A stretch of DNA of 64,000 nt from Nitrospirota bacterium. GTDB taxonomy: Bacteria > Nitrospirota > UBA9217. The translations under genes and the position numbers were made by a program. The notes beneath the pieces were generated by a model. The model saw only the letters and a list, made by a program, of their open reading frames with translations. It was not told the origin of the DNA and searched no databases. Shown here one piece after another: positions 1 through 10,666 of the stretch. The first letter of the stretch is position 1; every line of letters starts with the position of its first letter. The stretch is from positions 256,001-320,000 of the forward strand of contig CAVWHO010000016.1 in the NCBI GenBank assembly GCA_963754875.1, read 5' to 3'.

Positions 1-153
1 TGCGAGATGCAGGCGACTCCATGATTCATTGATAGCACAATATATTTGAGTATTCAAGAGAATTCATGGTATAGTGCGTCCGCACAGGCAGAGGGCCGAA
101 GCAGAGGGTTTCCCCATGCTCCAAGCTCTCTGCTCCATGCCGTTGAAACTCCT

Positions 154-1017
154 ATGATCAATCTCCGCCTTCTGTTCGTAGCCCTTGTCTGGGGCATCAA
201 CTTCTCCGTTATCAAGTTCGCCATCGCGGACTTCCATCCTCTTGGTTTCACCGTCGTCCGTTTCGCACTTGCGGCGCTGTTTCTGATCGCCGTTATGCTC
301 GTAAACCATGAACCCTTTGCAATCGAGCGTCGGGACAGCTTTGCTATCATCCGGCTCGGGTTCCTCGGGATCACGCTGTACAGCATCCTGTTCATGTACG
401 GCCTGAAGCTCACGACGGCGGCAAATTCAGCCCTTCTCATTTCGCTGTCGCCCTTGTTCGGTGCGCTTTTCAGCGCCGCTTCCGGCAAAGAACGCCTCAC
501 CGTGCGCATCGTCGCCGGACTCGCGCTGGCAACAGCGGGCGTCGTGCTCATTATCAGGAGCCATCACGGCGAACTGAGTTTTTCTTCCTCGGAAGTTGCC
601 GGGGACCTTCTGACGCTCTGTGCGACAATCACCTGGGCGCTCTACACGATCACCGCGAAGCCCCTGCTCGAAAAATACTCGGCCGTCAAAGTCACTGCTT
701 ATAATATGGCAGCCGGCAGCTTTTTGCTTTTGCCCGTGAGCATGAACGGACTTATAAACCAGCCCTGGTCCTCGATATCCCTGTTGTCGTGGGCTGCCAT
801 GGCCTTTGCATCGTTCATCGCGGCCGGTGTTGCCTACGTCTTTTGGTACCAGGGCGTGAAAGAGATCGGCGTCACCCGCACCATGGTCTATCATTATCTC
901 ATGCCTTTCGCCGCGGTGCTCTTCGCCGCCTTCGCGCTGGGCGAGCGGATCACCCTCCTCCAGTGCATCGGAGGTGCGGGAATTCTTTCGGGTGTCTACC
1001 TGGTGCAGAACAAATAG
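154..1017 (+). CDS. DMT/EamA family transporter
   Basis: About 10 hydrophobic segments in two EamA repeats (VWGINF..., ALGERITLLQCIG); ATG at 154 preferred over ORF-track start 46. Confidence 0.9.
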   Translation: MINLRLLFVALVWGINFSVIKFAIADFHPLGFTVVRFALAALFLIAVMLVNHEPFAIERRDSFAIIRLGFLGITLYSILFMYGLKLTTAANSALLISLSPLFGALFSAASGKERLTVRIVAGLALATAGVVLIIRSHHGELSFSSSEVAGDLLTLCATITWALYTITAKPLLEKYSAVKVTAYNMAAGSFLLLPVSMNGLINQPWSSISLLSWAAMAFASFIAAGVAYVFWYQGVKEIGVTRTMVYHYLMPFAAVLFAAFALGERITLLQCIGGAGILSGVYLVQNK

Positions 1018-1105
1018 CCGTAGTCCTGCAGGAGAAAAGCGAACCGGCGACGCCTGCATCCGATCCCCGATTCACCGTTTCCCTCAACGTTGCCTCTTTC
1101 CTGAA

Positions 1106-2456
1106 TTACAGCGAGTACCCCGCTTCACCATGCTGGCTGATATCGAGCCCTTCCGTCTCGTGTTCCCCATGGACCCGCAGGCCCGTCGAAAGATCGAGCG
1201 CTTTCAGCAGCACATAGCTTACGCCGAAGGAATAGACAGCTACGAGCCCTACGGCCCCTGCCTGCACGAAAAACTGTTTTATGTTGCCGAAAAATGCGCC
1301 ATTCGCTCCTGCTGCGTTTATCGCCACGGAAGCGAACAGACCCGCTGCAAGCGTTCCGAGCGTACCGCCGACGCCGTGAACACCGAAGGCATCGAGGGAA
1401 TCGTCATACCCGAACTTCGTCTTTGCGTTCAGCGCAGTGTAGCAGACGATACCTGCCGCTATGCCTATGAGCAGGGCCGGCACAGGACCGACGAACCCGG
1501 CTGCAGGGGTGATCGTCGCGAGTCCCGCAATGGAGCCTGTTGCCGCGCCGAACATCGTCGGTTTGCCGCGGTGGTACCATTCGACAATGACCCACGTGAT
1601 CGTGGCAGAACAAGCCGCAAGATGGGTCGTCAAAAACGCCATGGTGGCGAGCGTCCCTGATGAGAGGGCGCTCCCGGCGTTGAATCCGAACCAGCCGAAC
1701 CACAAAAGTCCGGCGCCGAGGACCGTCATCGGCAGGTTATGGGGCGGCATGTGTTCATGCAGGAAACCCTTGCGCTTTCCGATATAAAGCGCTGCCGCAA
1801 GTGCGGAAAAACCCGAGGTGGCATGTACGACGATGCCGCCTGCAAAATCGAGGACCCCGCGGTCTTTCAGCCATCCGCCGGTACCCCATACCCAGTGGGC
1901 CACCGGATCATAAACGATCGTGGTCCAGGCCAGGGTGAAAATAAGGAACGTCGAGAACTTCATTCGTTCAGCTACTGCACCGCTGATGAGCGCCGGAGTG
2001 ATGACCGCGAACATCATCTGGTATGTCATGAACAGCAGATGAGGAATGGTCGGCGCATAATCCGCGTTCGGCGTGAGCCCCACGCCATTCAACCCTGCCC
2101 AGCTCAGAGCTGCCGATCACGCCTTTCACATCAGGGCCGAACGACAACGAGTACCCGAACAGGACCCACTGAAGACTGACTAACGCAATGGCGATAAAGC
2201 TGTGCATAATCGTTCCGAGCACGTTTTTTTTACGCACCATGCCGCCATAGAACATGGCGAGTCCCGGCGTCATCAGCATGACAAGCGCCGTTGAAATCAA
2301 GATCCACGCTGTGTCGCCGGTGTCTATTCTTGCCGCCGGAACCGCAGCGGCAGGCGAAGCGGGGACCGCATCCTGGGCCATGACTGCAAGCGGTACGAAT
2401 ACCGCCAGTGAGAGCAGCATGACTAAAAAAATTTTGTACAAACGTCTTTCATCCAT
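1106..2456 (-). CDS. amtB: Ammonium transporter, copy 1 (apparent 1-nt frameshift near 2105)
   Basis: ORF 1968..2456 gives DTGDTAW...[13 protein letters not shown] 1106..2092 gives DFAGG, twin His (VVH, GVHG) and [11 protein letters not shown]; frames join near 2105. Confidence 0.92.
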
Positions 2457-2572
2457 TGAGCACTATCCTCCCTTTAGATTTACCAAACCATTTCAGTTTT
2501 CAAAGAACAGGTTCACAGCACATATTTTTAAAAAAATATGCAGATCTTCTGAATAAGGCTTTAAACATAAAT

Positions 2573-2588
2573 AGCAAGGCCTGTGCCA
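2573..2588 (-). promoter_or_regulatory. sigma54 -24/-12 promoter of amtB copy 1
   Basis: Minus strand TGGCACAGGCCTTGCT matches TGGCAC-N5-TTGC. Confidence 0.85.
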
Positions 2589-2680
2589 TTGATCGTATTT
2601 TTTGCACGATAATAACTAGCTGATTTTGCAGGCTTATTGTTACTTGCAACGCAGTCCTGAAATTTTTACAGAAGCCTGTC

Positions 2681-2716
2681 AGCTGATATTTTAGGCATCT
2701 GATTAATAATTGTGCA
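2681..2716. promoter_or_regulatory. Tandem 17-bp putative NtrC-type activator sites (amtB copy 1)
   Basis: AGCTGATATTTTAGGCA-tc-TGATTAATAATTGTGCA, ~100 bp upstream of the sigma54 site; similar motif at 8720..8755. Confidence 0.65.
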
Positions 2717-2831
2717 AACAAAAATTACCCTTCAGCGTATTTATAGTCTGATATTATGTCATAGAAATGCGCATACAATGTGGGTATATTTTCAAGAGTC
2801 AATAAAGGCATTCTTTTATCTGATAATTAAA

Positions 2832-2882
2832 TTATAATTATTATTGACAAACAATTAATATTATATTATAATCGTTACTATT
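2832..2882 (+). promoter_or_regulatory. Consensus sigma70 promoter overlapped by PerR/Fur-like boxes
   Basis: TTGACA (2844-2849)-N17-TATAAT (2867-2872); TTATAATTATTATTG and TTATAATCGTTACTATT overlap the -35 and -10. Confidence 0.8.
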
Positions 2883-2899
2883 GAAATCGTAAATCAAAC

Positions 2900-3316
2900 A
2901 TGGCCATTAAGAACAAATATCGAGACATCGGAATTAAGCTCACGCCCCAGCGGCTTGCCATACTTAACTATCTGGAAGGAAATACCCGGCACCCGTCTGC
3001 TGACGATATCTATAAAGCTGTGTCGAAAAAGTTCCCGACCATGTCTCTCTCTACGGTGTACACAACGCTGGGGGCACTCAAGGAAAAAAGAAGCGTGCTG
3101 GAATTGACGATAGATCCTGACAAGAAGCGGTATGACCCGGAAACAGCAATGCATAACCATTTGATCTGCACTTCCTGCAGGCGGATCATCGATATTCCCG
3201 CCGTAAATATCGTCGATCTTCCGGACACCATCAAGCAGGACTTTTCCGTCATCGGAAGTCATGTTGAGTTTTACGGGCTATGCCCTGAATGTAAAAAAAA
3301 TAACGCTAAAAACTAG
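2900..3316 (+). CDS. perR: Fur family repressor, PerR-like
   Basis: TPQRLAIL, HPSADDIY, STVYTTL, HNHLICTSC, FYGLCPEC; heads a SOD/rubrerythrin cluster. Confidence 0.85.
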   Translation: MAIKNKYRDIGIKLTPQRLAILNYLEGNTRHPSADDIYKAVSKKFPTMSLSTVYTTLGALKEKRSVLELTIDPDKKRYDPETAMHNHLICTSCRRIIDIPAVNIVDLPDTIKQDFSVIGSHVEFYGLCPECKKNNAKN

Positions 3317-3328
3317 AGGAGGCTGTCA

Positions 3329-3782
3329 ATGTGCGTAGATCATAGTTTGAATTGTTCCTGCGGAAAAACTCATGCAAGCTTTCATTTTCGTGATGAAGTG
3401 CTGCCTTTCAAAGTCGTAACCAAGCTATACTGTCCTGACTGTTCCGGCGAAGTGATCCATAATCCCGAGACCATGGTAGCCGACAATGGATGGCTGATCG
3501 AGTACGATATGGACGTCGCCCGCTTTATGATGCAACAAAAAAGCCCCTGCTTCTTCCGTTACCCCCGAGTATCTTTTCGATGAAGGCTTTTGTACGTGGC
3601 GCGGAATGACCCCGACGGACCATATCGACTCCGTCAAAGAACGCGAAGCGATTGTGCAGATTGCCAAAACCGATCGGAAGCGATATTTCGAGGCAATCAA
3701 GTCCTGGGGAAACAGTCGGATGGAACGCCTTGCGCGGGAAGGATGGAGGAAAGCCAATGAGAGAGAACCTGCACAAACATAA
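3329..3782 (+). CDS. Cys-containing hypothetical protein (frameshift near 3543)
   Basis: RBS GAGGAGG; MCVDH..CSCG..CPDC; a second frame continues TPEYLFDEGFCTWRGMTP... to TAA at 3780-3782. Confidence 0.7.
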
Positions 3783-3942
3783 TGGAAAGAGGTCTTCCGC
3801 ATACCCGGCTGCCGTCGAAAGCGATATAATTACCTCCTGTCCCAAGTGCGGTGGAGAGGTGAGCGTCTGGTCGGAAGAGCCGGAGACCCTTTGTATTTTT
3901 TGTCAATATCGTCTATTCGAAAAAGAGAAGACGGTGCATTAA
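3757..3942 (+). CDS. Small zinc-ribbon-like protein
   Basis: CPKCG-x13-CIFC; start uncertain (3757, or coupled ATG at 3782 with one missing A). Confidence 0.55.
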   Translation: MRENLHKHNGKRSSAYPAAVESDIITSCPKCGGEVSVWSEEPETLCIFCQYRLFEKEKTVH

Positions 3943-4198
3943 CCATTCACGTAATCGCCTTCAAGCATCAACGTTGCGATTAAAAAACGGCATGCGGCTG
4001 CATCAGGCATTCGCAATGTAGGGATAAGTACTGAGTAGCGCCATCGCGCGGCTGCGTGATGAACGTTTATTCGGGAAGGAATACTGTGCCTGGACTGATC
4101 ATGCAAGATAGTGCGCTTGAAGAAAGGGCTGCTCTCTTTTTTCTGGTATACTAATACTATTGTGAAAATTTAATCCTACACCAATGGAGGAAATCAAC

Positions 4199-4777
4199 AT
4201 GCCGTACGCCGCAAAGGATTACGCAAAACTTGTCGGGATGGAAGGATTCAGCGAAACGCTCTTGAAGAATCATTTTACGCTATACCAGGGATATGTGACA
4301 AACACGAACAAGGTGCTCGACAACCTCGACCAGATGTCCAAAGACGGTAAGACCGCAACGCCCGAATTTGCAGAACTCAAACGCAGGCTCGGGTGGGAGT
4401 TCAACGGGATGCGGCTGCACGAATACTATTTTGAAAACCTCGGCAGCAAGGGCGGCATCGACAAGAACGGCAAACTCGCCAAAAAGCTGGCCGAGACCTT
4501 CGGCAGCTACGAGGCCTGGGAAAAGGACTTCAGGGCCACCGGTTCGATGCGCGGCATCGGCTGGGTCGTCCTGTACCAGGACGCCGTCTCGGGAAGGTTC
4601 ATTAATTTCTGGGTCAACGAACACGATGTTTCCCATCCTGCAGGATGCAATCCCCTGCTCATCATGGACGTCTTCGAGCACGCGTTCATGTTGGATTACG
4701 GTTTAAAGCGGGCCGATTACATCGAGGCCTTTTTCAAGAACATTAATTGGTCCACGGTCGAATCGCGGCTGAAGTGA
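4199..4777 (+). CDS. Fe/Mn superoxide dismutase family protein (ChrC-like)
   Basis: HFTLYQGYV, LHEYYF, GIGWVVL, DVFEHAF; RBS GGAGG at 4186. Confidence 0.92.
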   Translation: MPYAAKDYAKLVGMEGFSETLLKNHFTLYQGYVTNTNKVLDNLDQMSKDGKTATPEFAELKRRLGWEFNGMRLHEYYFENLGSKGGIDKNGKLAKKLAETFGSYEAWEKDFRATGSMRGIGWVVLYQDAVSGRFINFWVNEHDVSHPAGCNPLLIMDVFEHAFMLDYGLKRADYIEAFFKNINWSTVESRLK

Positions 4778-5329
4778 ATTACCCCGCAGCAGAGCTGCGG
4801 GGCATCCTAAATGCGCTAGAACCTAAAGCCAACTTGCTCATCATGCTGATACCGAATATACTTTCTTATAACTTCTGCCGTTACTTTGTCGCCAACCGAA
4901 CGGACAAAGTAGCCGTCATTCCAGAGTTCTCCTCCCCAAAGTTTTTTCTTTATCTCGGGGAATTCTCGAAACATCATCTTTGCCGATATGCTTTTGATTA
5001 TCTGTACTACCCTCGCTGGAGCATACTTCGGTGGCACAACCAAAAACAAATGCACATGATCATCCATTGCTTCCATCGTATCTATTTCAAATTCATATCG
5101 CTCTGCGATCTCACGAAATATCTCTTTCAGTCTCGTCGTCATTCGATCGCTGAACAGCTTCCTTCGATATTTTGGTATCCATACAAAATGGTACTTCAGA
5201 TCATAGACGCTATGTTTGCTTCTTCTCAATGGGCTCATGGCCCGTATTGTAACAGATTCTCATCCTGACTTCGTCAGGATATCCTTTTCATCCCAGCAGC
5301 AGAGCTGCTGGGTATTTCAGGATGTTTTT
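4774..5329 (-). mobile_element. IS200/IS605 family element, tnpA only, ~556 bp
   Basis: Subterminal hairpins CCCCGCAGCAGAGCTGCGGGG and CCCAGCAGCAGAGCTGCTGGG; TTAT 5' of the left end; right end ...TTCAC; no target duplication. Confidence 0.85.
4816..5238 (-). CDS. tnpA: Y1 HUH transposase
   Basis: YHFVWIPKYR, HUH motif DHVHL, LWNDGYF, catalytic Tyr in KYIRYQ. Confidence 0.95.
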   Translation of the reverse strand: MSPLRRSKHSVYDLKYHFVWIPKYRRKLFSDRMTTRLKEIFREIAERYEFEIDTMEAMDDHVHLFLVVPPKYAPARVVQIIKSISAKMMFREFPEIKKKLWGGELWNDGYFVRSVGDKVTAEVIRKYIRYQHDEQVGFRF

Positions 5330-5472
5330 ATAAACCATTTTTTATTCCCCCAATGGTGGGGGTGAACGACCAATATTCATTTCCACAATTCCTTCTCTAT
5401 CGAAGGAGAGACAAGAAGCTGTTCTACAGACCTTCAGTAATCAACTATTTCAGAGAAAAGGAGAAGAGACTT

Positions 5473-5967
5473 ATGTCAAAGACTGAGCAAAATCTGATGA
5501 ACGCTTTTGCCGGAGAATCGCAGGCAAACAGAAAATACCTGGCCTTTGCCAAAAAGGCGGAGGAGGAAGGCTACGCACAGGTGGCAAGACTTTTCCGCGC
5601 TGCGGCAGCAGCCGAAACGATTCATGCCCATAACCACCTTAGAGCGCTCGGCGCTGTTAAATCTACGAAGGACAATCTGCTGGCCGCCATCGGTGGTGAA
5701 ACCTATGAGTTCCAGAAAATGTATCCCCCCATGATCGCCGACGCAAAAGAAGACGGCAACGACAAGGCCTTCATGAGCTTCCTCGGCGCAAATGAGGTGG
5801 AAAAAGTCCACGCCGCTCTTTACCAAAAAGCGCTCGATAGTCTCGGCACAAACGTTGTCGCAGATTATTATGTATGCTCGGTTTGCGGTTACACCGCGGA
5901 AGGTGATGCCCCGGATGAATGTCCGGTCTGTAAAGCAAGGAAGAAGGCGTTTCACAAGGCAGAATAA
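5473..5967 (+). CDS. rbr: Rubrerythrin
   Basis: AFAGESQANRKY, ETIH, EKVH; C-terminal CSVCG...CPVC rubredoxin-like domain. Confidence 0.93.
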   Translation: MSKTEQNLMNAFAGESQANRKYLAFAKKAEEEGYAQVARLFRAAAAAETIHAHNHLRALGAVKSTKDNLLAAIGGETYEFQKMYPPMIADAKEDGNDKAFMSFLGANEVEKVHAALYQKALDSLGTNVVADYYVCSVCGYTAEGDAPDECPVCKARKKAFHKAE

Positions 5968-5970
5968 AGT

Positions 5971-6540
5971 GTGAAGGTTATCGCATTGAACGGCAGCCCG
6001 CGACGCGGCGGGAACATCGAGGTCCTGCTGAATGAGGTCCTTAAGCCGCTCCGCGAAACAGGGCATGATATCGAAGTATATCCCCTGAATCTTCTGAGCA
6101 TCAAGCCCTGCCAGGACTGCGGCGGTTGTACGGGAAGCGGTCTTTGTATACATTCCGACGACATGAGCAAAATCTATGATGCTATCCGGGAGGCCGAGAG
6201 GATAATTCTCGCCTCCCCGATTTTTTTCTACAGCTTGAGCGCGCAAACTAAAGCGATGGTCGACCGCTGCCAGTCCTTCTGGAGTGAAAAATACCTCTTG
6301 AAAAAAAGCATCCCCGCCGGTCCCCGGGGAAGAAAAGGGCTCCTTCTTCTCGTTGGCGGTATGAAAAAAGATGACGGCAGGCAGAGTGCGGAGGTTGTGG
6401 CAAAAGTTTTTCTCAGGACCGTGAGCGTACCTGAACACGAAACATTGTTCTTTGGCGGTGTAGACGCCAAAGGAGATGTCAGTAAACATCCCACGGCGTT
6501 GCAAGAAGCCTATGAGGCCGGGAAGAGGCTTAGGAAGTAA
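5971..6540 (+). CDS. Flavodoxin family / iron-sulfur flavoprotein
   Basis: GSPRRGGN, CQDCGGC-x5-C, SPIFFY. Confidence 0.88.
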   Translation: MKVIALNGSPRRGGNIEVLLNEVLKPLRETGHDIEVYPLNLLSIKPCQDCGGCTGSGLCIHSDDMSKIYDAIREAERIILASPIFFYSLSAQTKAMVDRCQSFWSEKYLLKKSIPAGPRGRKGLLLLVGGMKKDDGRQSAEVVAKVFLRTVSVPEHETLFFGGVDAKGDVSKHPTALQEAYEAGKRLRK

Positions 6541-6684
6541 TTTCAGGCGATATCAGTCCGATGTGTCCCCGAGGAGATCATTAAGAGAAAGCAACCTTGC
6601 TGTCGCCTGCACAAATACACGAGTCAATTTCGTCCTGCGATAAAACTCTCTCAATTCTTGCTCGACCCTTCCACCTATGTTAAT

Positions 6685-6719
6685 AAAAAAGGCCGGCACG
6701 CAATGGAACGTACCGGCCT
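6685..6719 (-). terminator. Intrinsic terminator after glnK
   Basis: AGGCCGGTACG...CGTGCCGGCC followed by a T-run on the minus strand. Confidence 0.75.
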
Positions 6720-6742
6720 AAGGGAGGATAAACAGCGATCTC

Positions 6743-7120
<378 letters not shown>

Positions 7121-7192
7121 TCAAGTGCAGATTTACAAGTCAGCTGTAAAGTCCCCTGCTTCTTCTGCGTCCTCTGCGATGAAATGGGCCAG

Positions 7193-8551
7193 TTAATTGT
7201 AGGCTCGCTCGCCGTGTTCGCTCTCGTCGAGTCCGATGGTTTCCTCTTCAGTACCGACCCTGAGTCCGACAGTCGCCTTGATGATCATGAAGATCACGAA
7301 GGTCATGACGCCGCTGTAGACGAGCGTTACGAGTATGGCAACGATCTGCGTCCAGAGTTGTCCGGGATTGCCGTACAGGAGGCCCTTGCCTGCCCCGTTG
7401 ATGGCCGGATCGGCGAGCACGCCGGTCAAGAGAGCTCCCACGGTCCCGCCGACGCCGTGAATGCCGAAGGCGTCGAGCGTATCATCGTATCCGAACCTGG
7501 GTTTCATCATTGCGACGGTGAAGAAGGGGATAACGCCGGCCGCGATGCCGATTATGAGGGCGCCGCCGATATTTACGTACCCAGCTGCCGGCGTAATCGC
7601 GACCAGCCCGCCGACCGCGCCAGAGGCAAGGCCCAGGACAGTGGGTTTGCCGGAATGCATCCACTCAACCGCCATCCACGAGATCGCCGCCATTGCCGTT
7701 GCCGTGTTGGTATTGATGAAGGCCGCACCTGCAAGGCCGTTTGCGGCAAGCGCAGAGCCGGCGTTAAACCCGAACCACCCGAACCAGAGGAGGCCGGCAC
7801 CTGTCACGACCAGAGTCAGGTTGTGAGGGATGGTTGCCTTGTCTTTTCGTCTGCCTAAAACGAGGGCACCCACGAGTGCAGCAATACCTGCGTTAATATG
7901 AACGACCGTGCCCCCTGCAAAATCGAGCGCGACCCTTGACTGAAGGAATCCGCCGCCCCACACCCAGTGCGCAACAGGAAGGTACACAACGGTGAACCAC
8001 AGCACCGTGAAGATGATCCAGGACGAGAACTTCATGCGCTCGATGTAGGCGCCGCTCGCCAATGCCACGGTAATCGCGGCAAATGTGAGCTGGTAGGCGA
8101 TGAAAATGTACTCGGGGATCGTTTTTGCCGAATCAGCAATACTGTTCGGCCCGATACCTTTCAAGAACAGCCGCGATGCGTTGCCGATGAGCCCTCGGAT
8201 ATCTCCGACAAAAGAAAAGGAATAACCGTAGATGATCCAGAGCACGCTAACGATACAAAACGTCACGAACGTCATTGCCATCGTGTTCAACGAATCCTTG
8301 CGCTTTGCAAGACCGCCGTAGAACAGTGCCAGCCCCGGGATGGACATGAGCATGACGAGGGCGGTAGCCACGGTCATCCACGCCGTGTCGCCGGTATCGA
8401 TCTTCGGCGCAGGAGCTGGTGCCGGGGCCGCTGCTGCTGCCGGAGCAGGCGCTGCTGCTTCTTGCGCCATTACCAGTGCCGGCGCGTATATTGCTGCAAG
8501 CACCAGGAATACTGCTACAAGCACAAACGATTTCATCACTACTGCCTTCAT
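7193..8551 (-). CDS. amtB: Ammonium transporter, copy 2
   Basis: Signal peptide, [31 protein letters not shown]. Confidence 0.96.
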   Translation of the reverse strand: MKAVVMKSFVLVAVFLVLAAIYAPALVMAQEAAAPAPAAAAAPAPAPAPKIDTGDTAWMTVATALVMLMSIPGLALFYGGLAKRKDSLNTMAMTFVTFCIVSVLWIIYGYSFSFVGDIRGLIGNASRLFLKGIGPNSIADSAKTIPEYIFIAYQLTFAAITVALASGAYIERMKFSSWIIFTVLWFTVVYLPVAHWVWGGGFLQSRVALDFAGGTVVHINAGIAALVGALVLGRRKDKATIPHNLTLVVTGAGLLWFGWFGFNAGSALAANGLAGAAFINTNTATAMAAISWMAVEWMHSGKPTVLGLASGAVGGLVAITPAAGYVNIGGALIIGIAAGVIPFFTVAMMKPRFGYDDTLDAFGIHGVGGTVGALLTGVLADPAINGAGKGLLYGNPGQLWTQIVAILVTLVYSGVMTFVIFMIIKATVGLRVGTEEETIGLDESEHGERAYN

Positions 8552-8608
8552 GGTAGACTTCCTCCTTGTTTGATGATGCCATGATCAATTATTCTGCAAA
8601 TGGTATAA

Positions 8609-8624
8609 AGCAAGGCACATGCCA
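8609..8624 (-). promoter_or_regulatory. sigma54 -24/-12 promoter of amtB-glnK
   Basis: Minus strand TGGCATGTGCCTTGCT. Confidence 0.85.
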
Positions 8625-8719
8625 AAAAATGAGTCTGCCTTCATGGAGAAAACAGCTTTGATTTTACGTGATAATTTTATCATGACTATTCACCGTGCAT
8701 TTGCTGATACGTTAAGCAG

Positions 8720-8755
8720 AGATGCTATTTTAGGCAGATGACCAAATGGTGAGCA
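8720..8755. promoter_or_regulatory. Tandem 17-bp putative NtrC-type activator sites (amtB copy 2)
   Basis: AGATGCTATTTTAGGCA-ga-TGACCAAATGGTGAGCA; first site matches 2681..2697 at 15/17. Confidence 0.65.
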
Positions 8756-8934
8756 TCAAATACTGATGAGCTTCACCGGGATACCCTAGCTCACAAGACT
8801 TCTGCGAGCATGTGCCAAACAATACTAGTATCCCTCCCTGCGCTGTTGCTCCTGCTATACTTATAAAATACTCGTTAAAACAAAATGCTTGAACCACATG
8901 CCCTAATAGAAGAATTCCATGACGGAGGTTACCA

Positions 8935-9849
8935 ATGGCGAAGACAAGGAAAATAAAAAAAGTCATCAAAAGCAAACCCACTCTCGAAGGCGCCGGAGTG
9001 CACCTCAAACGGGTTTTCGGCAATAGCGAAGTGCCGCTGTTCGATCCCTTCCTCCTTCTCGATGATTTTCGAAATACCGATCCCTATCTTTATATCAAGG
9101 GATTTCCCTGGCACCCCCATCGGGGGATCGAAACGATCACCTACGTTTTAAAGGGCGATGTGGAGCACGGTGACAGTATGGGGAACAAAGGCGTCATCTC
9201 TTCCGGCGACACGCAGTGGATGACTGCCGGCAGCGGCATCATCCACCAGGAAATGCCCAAGGGGATGATGACGGGGTCATGGAAGGGTTTCAGCTCTGGG
9301 CCAATTTGCCGAAGTCGCACAAGATGATGGACCCGCGGTACCGCGACATAAAAAGTTCGCAGGTCCCGGAAGTCACGTTAAAGAACGGCGCGAAGGTAAA
9401 AGTCATTTGCGGGACGTGGAGGGAAAGCGGGGCCGGTCAAGGACGTTGTTATCGATCCGGAGTATCTCGACATAACGCTCCCCGCGCTGACGGAGTTCGT
9501 CCATCAGACAAACACGCGGCCATACGATCTTCGCCTACGTCATCGGGGCAAAGGCCTCTTCTGCAACGAACGAATCCCGTTTGCTTACGATGTCGAAGGA
9601 GTCAATTATTTCGACATGGAACGAGATACCTATGTACGGAATGGGATGCTCGTGCTTTTTACGACGGCGACCAGGTATCGGTCTCGACGCAGGGCGAGGC
9701 CGTTCGCTTCCTGCTTGATCTCCGGAAAGCCCATCAAAGAACCTGTGGCCTGGTACGGCCCGATCGTGATGAATACGGAAGAAGAACTGCGGGACGCTTT
9801 TGAAGAGTACCGGGACGGAACGTTTATCAAGGATAGAGGCAAAACATGA
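8935..9849 (+). CDS. Pirin family protein (several apparent frameshifts)
   Basis: DPFLLLDDF, HPHRGIETITY, WMTAGSGIIHQE, FQLWANLP, EPVAWYGPIVMN spread across frames. Confidence 0.85.
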
Positions 9850-9893
9850 TTTAAACGCCTGCTTCTCAGGCGATCGCTCTCGGGTAGCTCGGT

Positions 9894-9965
9894 CGTCATC
9901 CCCGTGAAAACGGGGATCCAGTAACAAAGTGAAAAGACTGGCTTCCCGCCTGTGCGGGAATGACG
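9894..9965. repeat. CGTC-type REP-like palindromic doublet
   Basis: CGTCATCCCCG-N4-CGGGGATCCA...TGGCTTCCCGC-N4-GCGGGAATGACG; sister copy at 49849..49920. Confidence 0.8.
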
Positions 9966-10012
9966 GAAAAGGAGCGAAGATCTTTTTAATCAGTTCAAGG
10001 AGGGGAACTTTC

Positions 10013-10519
10013 ATGACATTCATTGGAAACAAAACCGGAGCTGCTCACGGACAACCCGTTCAAGCTCATCGGGACGGACTGGATGCTCGTCACGTCGGGC
10101 ATGCCGGAGAAGTTCAACACCATGACCGCAAGCTGGGGCGGGCTGGGAATCCTGTGGGAGCGAAAGGTCGCTTTCTGCTTTATTCGTCCCACACGCTACA
10201 CGTACGAGTTCATCGAACACTCGCCAGGTCTTCACGCTTTCCTTTTTCGAGGAGCGCTATCGCAAAGCCCTCAGTTACTGCGGCTCCCACTCCGGCAGGG
10301 ACACGGACAAGATGAAGGGAGCGGGACTCTCTCCGGTAGCGGATGACGGCTTTCGTGTATTTTGACCAGGCGAGGCTCGTTCTGGCCTGCAAAAAACTCT
10401 ACTACCAGGACATCGGGCCGGAGCGTTTTTTGGACCAAAAGATTGAGACCATGTACCCGCTGAAGGATTACCATAGAATGTACGTCGGTGAGATCGTGAA
10501 GTGCTGGCTGAAAAGCTGA
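10013..10519 (+). CDS. Flavin reductase family protein (frameshifts)
   Basis: NPFKLIGTDWMLVTSG, NTMTASWGGLG, RPTRYTYEF; YCGSHSGRD and DYHRMYVGEI in other frames. Confidence 0.8.
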
Positions 10520-10666
10520 TACTTTTCAAGACCAATTGTTGTAAAGATTTGAGTATTACACGAGGCTGGCCTACAGGAAAGCTGTTGATAGGGCACCGCA
10601 CAAGGCAACCTGTCAAGGCTTTGGGGCCACGACAGGACGCCGTCTGACAGTCATGAAAATCCGGGT

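Noticed and set aside
10593..10665. GCACAAGGCAACCTGTC...GACAGGACGC resembling a c-di-GMP-I riboswitch stem
   Set aside because: No GNRA tetraloop or GCAAAGC junction, no second stem, and it lies between convergent gene ends
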